DNA from: Antedon mediterranea
Lineage: Eukaryota > Animalia > Echinodermata
Assembly (NCBI RefSeq): GCF_964355755.1
Contig: NC_092671.1
Span: forward strand, 33,924,304-33,988,303
Length of the DNA stretch: 64,000 nucleotides
Direction of reading: 5' to 3'
The notes beneath the pieces are model-generated. The model searched no databases. It was not told where the DNA came from and saw only the letters and a list, made by a program, of their open reading frames with translations. Made by a program: the position numbers and the translations under genes. How positions within the stretch are numbered: position 1 is the stretch's first letter; each line of letters starts with the position of its first letter. Positions 1 through 11,998 of the stretch are shown in pieces.

Positions 1-412
1 ACGCCACTTCAAAATGCTTCCCGGGCATGTTTATGAAATCTAGCTACTCGGTTATTCCACCCAGGGACAACATTGACTTTTTGATTTTTAGTCGACTTAA
101 AACACCACTCAGAACTGGCTTTCAGACACTCAATAATATTGTCATATAAATCACTAATATCATTGCAATGGCATTCATCTTTAGGCCTACATGAGGAATC
201 ATTACAAAGTATACCATCGCAATTGAGAGTAAGGTTACTAAGTAAGGATTCAGTTATCTCATTAAAATTGTTTATATCCTCCCTCTTAACATTATTCCAG
301 TTAACTTTGATAATTTTTGAGGATTCATGCATATTTTCACCCTTGTCATTACAATCATCACAAATATCAATGCCTAAATAGTCAAACGAAATAGGAAAGT
401 GATCAGAACACA
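1..412 (-). mobile_element. APE-type non-LTR retrotransposon (L2/CR1 group), ORF2 piece 4: end of the endonuclease and linker
   Basis: ORF 9..413 has the SDHFP APE C-terminal motif and ...VPGWNNRVARFHKHAREAF. Removing 413-13462 joins it in frame to 13463 (NYDC-MCSDHFP). Confidence 0.85.
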
Positions 413-1460
413 TCTATATATAAATTTACGTAAGGGCAAAATTCGGTAAATCGCGCCTTACTTTTAGAATTTTTACTCGATGGTATATGAAGTTGGTTCG
501 TACTTTCGGTACTGATTTTAACCACCTGATGTAACCCTGTTTACTAATTAAATTAAGTTAGATAATTAGTTATTGACGATTAAAACGAATTTAGGTTCAA
601 CGATTTGCCCCAAATAGCACCCGATTCTGTAGCTGTTAGTACATTCAACGTGGAAGACTATTGACAGTCTACCAGAGACCTATCTGACTGTATTAAGTAC
701 TTTTAATACACGATATCGCTGTCATTAGGTTCCTATCTGGAGACAATTTGTAACGTTATAGGCTATATCCAATATAAAATCCACTCGGCAACCAGAATAG
801 TATAGTAGCACAGGTTATGGTATTGCCATGCAAGAAAGGCCTAGGCCTAGTCAATTATTGTACGAATTACGTAATTAGTTTAGTAGCTCATCTACCTTTT
901 TAGCAGGGCATAATGAATATCGTAGCTAGGCTAGGCCTACTAGCGTGAAATCAACCAATTATTTGGGTGGTATGAGGGGGTGGGTAGAAAGTTAAGTACG
1001 AGTTGCCATGGGTACGAGTCGACCAGGGTACACCCACTAGCCCCACTACTAGAGCATAGGCTATAGTCCTGCGAGAATGGGAAATCTGGCCTAGATTGGC
1101 ATAGGCCTAGATTAGGTACGCCGCAAAAAAGCTATCCTATGAGCATAAAAAGGCCTCGTAGTAGAGCCAAAGGTGTTAGCCCACTACTACGGATCACTAA
1201 TTAATCTATCTAGGCCCGGGCTAGCTAGCATAGGCCTATAGAGTTAATTTTAAATTAAGTAGGCCTAGGCCTGGTTGGTTGGTTGCTGGGCTTCAGTAAT
1301 TTCGGTCGCATTTTCGGCCTACTTTTCAGGACATGTGAGAGGTGAGGTAGGTTAGCCCAGCTAGGCTAACCTAACCTGTAAGTAGTATTCTAGCCCATCC
1401 AAGATGCCTGATGGGTACGAGTTGGCAGCCATTGGTACGAGTGGACCCGTATTCTAGCTA

Positions 1461-1662
1461 GGGTGTCCTGGTCAACCCGTACCCAAACCAACCCGTATGT
1501 AATATAAATATACTTTTAATAGCATTAAACATGGGTACAGGCGCGCCAGCCCATGATGAGTACGAGCCAGCCCATGATGTGCAGGAGTGGGCCAACATTT
1601 TGGGTATGAGTAAACCAAAATTTGGGTACGTTGTTGGCATGGGTACGTGTTGACCTGTATCC
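1461..1662. mobile_element. ~200-bp MULE-like MITE embedded in the foldback arm
   Basis: 9-bp TSD TTCTAGCTA (1452-1460, 1663-1671); imperfect TIR GGGTGTCCTGGTCAACCCGTACCC / GGGTACGTGTTGACCTGTATCC. Also present at 17963-18166 and mirrored at 26955-28358. Confidence 0.7.
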
Positions 1663-4600
1663 TTCTAGCTAATCTTACTAGGCCTAGAGTAGAGTAGGTC
1701 TATGCTATACCCAGACCGGTTACAATAATGGTCTATTCATTCTGTTTATACTGTAGCTTTATTGATAGCTGGGTTGGGGCGGCTTTTTCTCATTCTAAAA
1801 CAGATTTCCTTATCATAATAAAATAATATATGAATTTAAATGTAATATTGTATACATAATATTAGTAATTGCAATTGCATTTATTATAATTATATATTAT
1901 ACGGTTACCCCTTAATTATACTATAGTATAATTTTCTTGTTATATTTTACAATATTTTCTTCATAGTTCAACAATTTTTTCTTTCACAGGAGAAATTATC
2001 ATACTGAATCATCACACACCAAGTCTCATAAAGCTCTACAGTATTTCTCCAAGGTACTCCAGCTACATGGTATTGCCTTGAGGCTAAACTACAGTAAACG
2101 ATATACTGGCACTACCATCATTCCTGGCCCGTCAACCTGGACCACATTACAGTATGGTCCAACACATAAGTACAGTAGTCGTACTACTTATTCAAAATAG
2201 TGAATTACACCCTGTGGTCAAGGCCTTATTTGCTCTTATGCTTATTTCCTCCAAATACAGAGTACGTAGGGCTTTCAATTTGCTTTTATACCTGTTAATT
2301 TAAAAATCGTTTATGCCTATTGTTGCATAAAGTATCAAATTTAGACTGTAAATACTGGGATGATCACCCTAAATTTTCTTTTTCAATTAACAATTTTATA
2401 TTTCACAGCTGAAAAATGCACTAAAGCATCATATAGAGATTTTTTATTCATAACTGTTAAATTGCATCCCAATACATGGTACCTATATAAAAATACAAAG
2501 GCGGCCAACACAGATAGTTTGATATATACAGTACTCTCTTATAAATAGATGTATCTCTCCAAACTACTCCAACTACCTAATTAGCATACTACTGTACACT
2601 TTGTAGACAAGAAATAAATTGTATCCACCTAGAGGACTTATGGTAGTACAGTCGATCGTCCTGTCACTGGCCCGGTCAACATAATCTACGCCTAGATTAT
2701 TAAAGTAATTAAAGTACATTATTACAGAGATTTTTTTTTTTTTTGCAGAAATCAAAGTTATGTGTATAGAAAGCAGTACTCGTATTAAAAACTAAGCAGG
2801 TTATATTCTTGTACGCAAACTGGCAGGATATTTTGAATATTTTTTGTTGTTGAAATGATGGAATCCTAACTTCATTTTCCACGAGCTGGAGAGTGACAAA
2901 GACATATTACGACCCTTTTATTTAAATTTATTTGGATAGACCTCCATGTAAATTCATTAAAGGCTATATGATTGTTTTATATTTTAATATGTGATAGTAG
3001 ATAATCATTGTGCATAATGAAGACTATGAATCTAATATTTACTTGCATTCTCATCTTTTTAAAATTGTATTTATAATGCTGGTAATGAGTTTACTATTGA
3101 AAAAGTCATGTTTCCACTTATCTCAAATTGTGGCACACCTCTAACCTTGGTAGAACTGACTGTGTTCTACATGAGTACATTTATTCTGCCATATAGTAGT
3201 GTTTCCACCATACTTCAACCTGGTAATTGAATAAATTTCATCGGGGTAAAATTTAAACTAATTATCACCTTTTAACATAAAGTATCCTCCTGAAAAATGT
3301 TTGTACTGTACTTCATCTAATATCCATTACTTAATACTAATTTGGGTGATTTATGTCTAACTTCAGGAATGATCTGAGGCTAGAAGAACGAATTTCTGTA
3401 CATATAATTTATATAAAAAATAAACCAATGTTTTCCTAATAACTTAACCCCTAGGTTGATAACTAACAAAGAAATTATTGAAATTGTGTTCTTACAATAT
3501 ATGTGTACTGTATCTACATATGCATACTGCGTTCAAAAGAAGAATGTTTTATAGTTATTATAGGTTATTTCCAAATATTAATGGTCTGATATCTAACATA
3601 AACTAAATGTTATCAAACTATGTTTTTGAAAATCTTTATGATATAATAATTATAATAATATGAACATAATATTAAATTATATTGACTATTTTTGATAATC
3701 ATCATGTCCTTATAAATTCATTTATATTTATTTTGTGGTAATATAGTTTATATATTATGTATTAAATAAATTGGTAAGGCCCTGTACTGTTTATATTTAA
3801 GGAAAGTTTATATACACTTTTATTTTATGCCTACCAATATTAGTATTAATTGTTTATGTAACTATTTTGTCTAATTACATTGGATTTTTGTATAGGCCAA
3901 TGGCATTAATGTTTTTCTCAAATGCAAATTAGCCTAATAATGCCATATTTAGACACATAATTCATTGATTTCTGATATTCTGTACTTGTGTATGCATTAC
4001 TAAAATAGTAGTTATTTTATTACTTTTATAATGTATAAACATTTATTCATTTTTTTTTTACATTTTTTAATTTAAAAATTATTAAAATACCTATCTACCT
4101 TTCTGTTATTGTTACTATTATAATATTTTTTGAGGCAGATTGATTTCAATAAAAAAAAAATTAAAACAATTAATTTGACTTATACTGTACTATGTTAGTT
4201 CAGGAGATGAAGTGTGTGTGGGCAGAATCTGGTGTGTTGGAGGTTGGTGATGCGAGGTGTATGTTATCACTTTAAGACCTAAATTAGATGTTTTCTGAAG
4301 AAAAGAAGTAATAGGATAGGCTTTCAAACAACTTCAAGAAGATTCACACAGAAATAATTACTTCCCAATAAAATAGTATGTAACAGTGTATATTACAGTA
4401 CATTGAATAAACTCGAGCGGAAAAATAACACACATAAAAAAACATTCATTTTCTTGTCGAAAAGCTCTAGTTTTCTATTAATTTATTAATAATAATTATT
4501 AATTAATGAGCAATTATAAACATATTTTTAACATTTAATGCTTGAAGCTGATTCTACTCCTAACAAAGTTTCTTACCTCCAAATTTCATCAACGTATTCA

Positions 4601-7600
4601 AAGCACTTCAATAAATATCACATTGAACATTAAAAATTAGGGTTATGATAGAATTTTGCTTAAAAACATATACAAAAAACATCGATAAAAAATATTTTTC
4701 GTATTCAAAAACATTTGATACTTGGTATAAATGTTCAATATAGGTTGCTCCATCCATATTGCAAAAAATAAATAAATATCGAGCCATATCACTGATTTTT
4801 TAAATTTACGTTTTTACAAAATGTACACTTATGAAAGATCGTACAACTCCAACGCATTTTTTAAACCTAATAACGATTTTGAAAAAACAACCAAAAAAAA
4901 AAACGTTCATGAATGAAATTTTTTTTCTGTGAATAGAGCAACCTATATTGAACATATAAAAAAAGTTTCAAATGTTTTTAAATCGAAAAGTATTTTTTAT
5001 CGATGTTTTTTGTATACTGTTTTTAAGCAAAATTCTATCATAACCCTAATTTTTAATGTTCAATGTGATATTTATTGAAGTGCTTTGAATACGTTGATGA
5101 AATTTGGAGGTAAGAAACTTTGTTAGGAGTAGAATCAGCTTTAAGCATTAAATGTTAAAAATATGTTTATAATTGCTCATTAATTAATAATAATTATTAA
5201 TAAATTAATAGAAAACTAGAGAGGGCGCTTTTCGACAAGAAAATGAATGTTTTTTTATGTGTGTTATTTTTCCGCTCGAGTTTATTCAATGTACTGTAAT
5301 ATACACTGTTACATACTATTTTATTGGGAAGTAATTATTTCTGTGTGAATCTTCTTGAAGTTGTTTGAAAGCCTATCCTCTTACTTCTTTTCTTCAGAAA
5401 ACATCTAATTTAGGTCTTAAAGTGACAACTATACACCTCGCATCACCAACCTCCAACACACCAGATTCTGCCCACACACACTTCATCTCCTGAACTAACA
5501 CAGTACAGTATAAGTCAAATTAATTGTTTTAATTTTTTTTTATTGAAATCAATCTGCCTCAACAAATATTATAATAGTAACAATAACAGAAAGGTAGATA
5601 GGTATTTTAATAATTTTTAAATTAAAAAATGTAAAAAAAAAATGAATAAATGTTTATACATTATAAAAGTAATAAAATAACTACTATTTTAGTAATGCAT
5701 ACACAAGTACAGAATATCAGAAATCAATGAATTATGTGTCTAAATATGGCATTATTAGGCTAATTTGCTTTGAGAAAAACATTAATGCCATTGGCCTATA
5801 CAAAAATCCAATGCAATTAGACAAAATAGTTACATAAACAATTAATACTAATATTGGTAGGCATAAAATAAAAGTGTATATAAACTTTCCTTAAATATAA
5901 ACAGTATAGGGCCTTACCAATTTATTTAATACATAATATATAAACTATATTACCACAAAATAAATATAAATGAATTTATAAGGACATGATGATTATCAAA
6001 AATAGTCAATATAATTTAATATTATGTTCATATTATTATAATTATTATATCATAAAGATTTTCAAAAACATAGTTTGATAACATTTAGTTTATGTTAGAT
6101 ATCAGACCTTTAATATTTGGAAATAACCTATAATAACTATAAAACATTCTTCTTTTGAACGCAGTATGCATGTAGATACAGTACACATATATTGTAAGAA
6201 CACAATTTCATTAATTTCTTTGTTAGTTATCAACCTAGGGGTTAAGTTATTAGGAAAACATTGGTTTATTTTTTATATAAATTATATGTACAGAAATTCG
6301 TTCTTCTAGCCTCAGATCATTCCTGAAGTTAGACATAAATCACCCAAATTAGTATTAAGTAATGGATATTAGATGAAGTACAGTACAAACATTTTTCAGG
6401 AGGATACTTTATGTTAAAAGGTGATAATTAGTTTAAATTTTACCCCGATGAAATTTATTCAATTACCAGGTTGAAGTATGGTGGAAACACTACTATATGG
6501 CAGAATAAATGTACTCATGTAGAACACAGTCAGTTCTACCAAGGGTAGAGGTGTGCCACAATTTGAGATAAGTGGAAACATGACTTTTTCAATAGTAAAC
6601 TCATTACCAGCATTATAAATACAATTTTAAAAAGATGAGAATGCAAGTAAATATTAGATTCATAGTCTTCATTATGCACAATGATTATCTACTATCACAT
6701 ATTAAAATATAAAACAATCATATAGCCTTTAATAAATTTACATGGAGGTCTATCCAAATAAATTTAAATAAAAGGGTCGTAATATGTCTTTGTCACTCTC
6801 CAGCTCGTGGAAAATGAAGTTAGGATTCCATCATTTCAACAACAAAAAATATTCAAAATATCCTGCCAGTTTGCGTACAAGAATATAACCTGCTTAGTTT
6901 TTAATACGAGTACTGCTTTCTATACACATAACTTTGATTTCTGCAAAAAAAAAAAAATCTCTGTAATAATGTACTTTAATTACTGTAATAATCTAGGCGT
7001 AGATTATGTTGACCGGGCCAGTGACAGGACGATCGACTGTACTACCATAAGTCCTCTAGGTGGATACAATTTATTTCTTGTCTACAAAGTGTACAGTAGT
7101 ATGCTAATTAGGTAGTTGGAGTAGTTTGGAGAGATACATCTATTTATAAGAGAGTACTGTATATATCAAACTATCTGTGTTGGCCGCCTTTGTATTTTTA
7201 TATAGGTACCATGTATTGGGATGCAATTTAACAGTTATGAATAAAAAATCTCTATATGATGCTTTAGTGCATTTTTCAGCTGTGAAATATAAAATTGTTA
7301 ATTGAAAAAGAAAATTTAGGGTGATCATCCCAGTATTTACAGTCTAAATTTGATACTTTATGCAACAATAGGCATAAACGATTTTTAAATTAACAGGTAT
7401 AAAAGCAAATTGAAAGCCCTACGTACTCTGTATTTGGAGGAAATAAGCATAAGAGCAAATAAAGCCTTGACCACAGGGTGTAATTCACTATTTTGAATCA
7501 GTAGTACGACTACTGTACTTATGTGTTGGACCATACTGTAATGTGGTCCAGGTTGACGGGCCAGGAATGATGGTAGTGCCAGTATATCGTTTACTGTAGT

Positions 7601-8384
7601 TTAGTAGCCTCAAGGCAATACCATGTAGCTGGAGTACCTTGGAGAAATACAGTAGAGCTTTATGAGACTTGGTGTGTGATGATTCAGTATGATAATTTCT
7701 CCTGTGAAAGAAAAAATTGTTGAACTATGAAGAAAATATTGTAAAATATAACAAGAAAATTATACTATAGTATAATTAAGGGGTAACCGTATAATATATA
7801 ATTATAATAAATGCAATGGCAATTACTAATATTATGTATACAATATTACATTTAAATTCATATATTATTTTATTATGATAAGGAAATCTGTTTTAGAATG
7901 AGAAAAAGCCGCCCCAACCCAGCTATCAATAAAGCTACAGCTGGCGCGTCAATTATGCATAAAGCATACGAAAATGGATGCTATTGTAGGATTGAGACTT
8001 AACTGTCCGATTTAACTCTCTTTCAGCACTCGGTACGTGTAGCAGTTCGAATTTATAAACCTGTTTGCATTTGTAACGATTTTTATCTATATTTAAGGAC
8101 ACAACAAGTAGCTTACGAAGACGACTCCAATATGTTAATAATTATGAATGAGTAAAATGGGAACACCCAACTTTTATCGCAAAAATCGTGAATTTATGTT
8201 TATTTATTTATCAATTTTTTTATTTTTTTTTAATTCATTTCTTTTTTAAGGCTCGCCCAACACAATATATTTGTCTTCAGTCTTTTCACACGCGTTCAAG
8301 AATTCATCAATCTCTTCTTATCGTTGCGGCATGTTCTTTGATCGGCATATCAGTTACCGTTTATTACTGATACGTCATTCTTGA

Positions 8385-8659
8385 GACGTTTTAGTGGGGA
8401 CTCCACCCCCACTAAAACGTCTAAATAATACGTTATAGGGGGGTCTCTGTTTTCGAGTTTTTCTCGAAAATAGAGACCCCCTATATAATGTAATATTGAG
8501 ACGCTTTAGTGGGGTCTCTGTTAAACAGAGACCCCCTATATAACGTATTATTTAGACGTTTTAGTGGGGGTCTCTGTTTTCGAAATTTTCTCGAAAACAG
8601 AGACCCTGGGTCTCGGGTCTCTGGTCTCTGTTTTCGAGGTCTCTGTTTTCGAGACACCC
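8385..8659. mobile_element. MULE-like MITE end with short subterminal repeats
   Basis: Repeated GGTCTCTGTTTTCGA units and local hairpins ending ...CGAGACACCC, the same GGGTGTC terminus class as 18197-19286. Confidence 0.55.
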
Positions 8660-9369
8660 GTATCACAACAGACTGAATCGAAAAGGACGACGTGGTAAGA
8701 AAATTACTTTTCAATTATAATATTATGTATTATGTTGTTAACTTGCTCATGATAATTATAGTATATCGTTATTTTTGTTATTTCAGCAAAACTTCAACTC
8801 TACCTCTTAATCGGGCTGCTGCATGAAGAGAGTCAGAATGTTCACATCACAATGGAATTAGTTCATCGCGAAGATGTGTTGACCGGCTTCAGCGACAAGC
8901 TTACCGACGTGCAACTAGAACGCTCTTACGCCTCTGGGACGAGTATCGCGCAGGCCAACGATCAGAGAGATCGCTCCTTACGCTGGATCGCGCGTTATAT
9001 CAAATGATGTTCGCGATTTGTAGATGAGATAGATGTAAATATTGCTAATAAATAAAAGATTAAATAAATAGATAAATTAAATAACGTCTGTAGATGTAAA
9101 TAGAGGTAAACATTGTTAATGAATAAATTATTAATACATAGATAAATTAAATAACGTTTGTAGATGTAAATAAAAAGGTTTCAATTTGAATGATGAATGT
9201 AAACATTTGTATATGCGTTTTTGTTTTAAAAATAAAAGGATTGAATTGAAAAACAGTGTGAAACGAGTTTGTTTTGCATTACATTAACGTATCTATGTTT
9301 TGTTTTTAAATATATGTAAATATTTGTGTATATGTTTTTGTTTTAAAATAAAAAGATTGAATGATCATT

Positions 9370-10172
9370 GGCCCTGTTTCTGCTGCCAACTAAATACCGT
9401 ATATTATACGGTATTTTTTGAATACCGTATATATACGGTATATTTTTGGCAGCAGAAACTGCGCTCTTAAAAAATATACCGTATTTTGTATACCGTATTT
9501 TCCCCACAAAATTTGTGGATAAAATACGGTATTTACAAATTTATACCGTATTTTTTGTACCCGTTTCTGCTGCCAATAAAAAATACCGTTTTTTTTTTTT
9601 ACATGACAAAAGGTCAACATTCGTGTTTTTATTTTCTGTCGCTGTCAGCTGTTTTACACACGTGTATATATATATTCGGCGAAAATGAGGAGCGAAGACG
9701 TCACAGTTTTACTAAATAAATTTGTGTGGGGAAGTTAAAATGTCTGGCGAACTAAAAGGTAATAAAAGGGACAACCACATTTATAAAGACATTTCTAAAA
9801 AAATAAAGCAGGAGTATGGAATAGACTTGTCTCCAAAGCAAGTAAACTCAAAGCTGAAGAGCCTGCGAAAGCAGTACAACATTGCAAAATACAATAACTC
9901 GGGGAGGGAACGAATTAATTGTCCCCATTACGATGTTTTCTGTGCTCTCACAACATCTCTATCACTAGGGCTAGGCTGTTGAAAGTGAGACGTAAAACTT
10001 CCATCATCAAATAAATGAATGGCAATTTGGGTAAAAAAGATGAAATTTAACACGACCACCCAAGAAGTATTGTTAGCAGAAACGGGGTACTAAAAAATAC
10101 GGTATAAAAAATACCGTATTTTATACCGTATTTTTATACCGTATTTTGAGCAGTTGCAGCAGAAACAGGCCC
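9370..10172 (+). mobile_element. PIF/Harbinger deletion derivative with a Myb/SANT fragment
   Basis: TIR GGCCCTGTTTCTGCTGC / GCAGCAGAAACAGGCCC; 3-bp TSD ATT; internal ATACCGTA repeats. ORF 9722..9982 (IYKDISKKIKQEYGIDLSPKQVNSKLKSLRKQY..SG..CPHYD) is a Myb/SANT-trihelix domain. Confidence 0.85.
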
Positions 10173-10767
10173 ATTGACAACAGTGTAAAGTGAGTTTGTA
10201 TGTTATTTTTCCCGTCAGAAACAAATAGAATATTTACAAAATATATCAAAATATAATGCTTATAAAACATTTAAAAAAAAGTTAAACTAATATTAATAAC
10301 ATACTGTTTTTACAATATTTATTTAAATATAATGATTATTATATAAAATCATTTTTAAATAAACACATCAAAAATAATAGAGACTACACTTCGATCTTTA
10401 ATTAGAGCTACAGTGTACAGTACTGCATTGATCGGCGTTCCATAGAAATCGCCGGAAGTTCGATTTACCGGAAGCGCGACCGAAATGAAACGCGACCGAG
10501 ATGATCCGATACCGACCAGGACACCCTAGCTAGAATACGGGTCAACTCGTACCAATGGCTGCCAACTCGTACCCATCAGGCATCATGGATGGGCTAGAAT
10601 ACTACTTACAGGTTAGGTTAGCCTAGCTGGGCTAACCTACCTCACCTCTCACATGTCCTGAAAAGTAGGCCGAAAATGCGACCGAAATTACTGAAGCCCA
10701 GCAACCAACCAACCAGGCCTACTTAATTTAAAATTAACTCTATAGGCCTAGGCTAGCTAGCCCGGGC

Positions 10768-11998
10768 CGCGATTTTTTTTTTCGTACATAAGTTGGGGAC
10801 CCCCTCATGAAACGTCACAAAATCAACATGAATAATTCATCAGTTAAATTTTCTTGTTCCGTGTGCACCCAAGCGTATAGCAACAAGAAGTGATTACACA
10901 AGTGCGGTACGATTCTAGGCCTATCTCCGCTGTTGAAGAATAGCGTTTTGTGTGGATTGTCGAAATAATCGGCCTTTAGTTTATGGTGTTTTTAATATAA
11001 TTTATTACTAAAGAATTACATGTTAAAATTATAGTTTCTATTAATACTATTAGGCCTAATTATTAGTCTCTAAACCCATGTCTATTCTAGTATAGTAGTA
11101 GCTGTGTGGATGTGTGTGACGTGTGTGTGTGTTAGGTATGACCAAAGATAGTTACACTATCTTTGGTAATAGTTACACTATCTTTGGTATGACACAATCC
11201 GAGTAATAAGTCAGCACAATTAAACAATAAACATTACACAAAAATACATTTTTTATTCTCGTGGGTCAAATCTTCCCATCTCATGTGTTCATATACGCGC
11301 ATTTTTAAAGTTCCTTTGAGTACATTGCATATTGTTTGATAATTGATAGCAGAATTAAAAAAATACAGTACACAAATTATACACACTCTTTATTCTTGTG
11401 GGTCTAAGCTTTCTTTGGGCTATGTCCAAGAACACTTGGGTGCACACGGAACAACAACTGCGATACGATTCTTTCTACAATAATAGGCCTAGGATTCTAG
11501 GTCAATTCACGTGATTGCCTTCGCGCACTCTATTCTTCACACACACGTCCACTATGCAAAATGTGTCGAGGCTAATCCACAGCTAGGCAAAACATTAAAC
11601 TAACCCAAAGACACAAGTCACACACACCGTACCCACACAGCTACTACTAGAATATACAGGGGTTTAGAGACTAGTAATTAGGCCTAATAGTATCAATAGA
11701 AACTATAATTTTAACACGTAATTCTTTAGTAATAAACTATATTAAAAACACCATAAACTAAAGGCTGATTATTTCGACAATCCACACAAAACTCCGCTAT
11801 TCTATTATGAAATCGCACGCCGCAACAACAGCGGAGATAGGAGGCCTAGAGAATCGTACCGCACTTGTGTAATCACTTCTTGTTGCTATACGCTTGGGTG
11901 CACACGGAACAAGAAAATTTAACTGATGAATTATTCATGTTTATTTTGTGACGTTTCATGATGGGGTCCCCAACTTATGTACGAAAAAAAAAATCGCG
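10768..11998. mobile_element. 1.2-kb CGCG-terminal foldback MITE, copy A
   Basis: Termini CGCGATTTTTTTTTTCGTACATAAGTTGGGGACCCC with ~350-bp imperfect TIRs; 7-bp TSD CCCGGGC (10761-10767, 11999-12005); absent from the opposite arm. Confidence 0.9.

Larger units (their letters stand above)
7941..10513 (+). mobile_element. One-ended Mutator (MULE)-like remnant replacing ~280 bp of the right arm
   Basis: After an acceptor at ~8787 a frameshifted reading KLQLYLLIGLLHEESQNVHITMELV..RLQRQAYRRATRTLLRLWDEY resembles MULE transposase C-termini. The right end CGCGACCGAAATG..CGCGACCGAGATGATCCGATACC is MULE-like. No left end was found. Confidence 0.55.

Noticed and set aside
7934-10413. GCTACAG direct repeat as the TSD of the 7941 insertion
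   Set aside because: The sequence after 10413 does not resume the arm; the arm resumes only at 10514.
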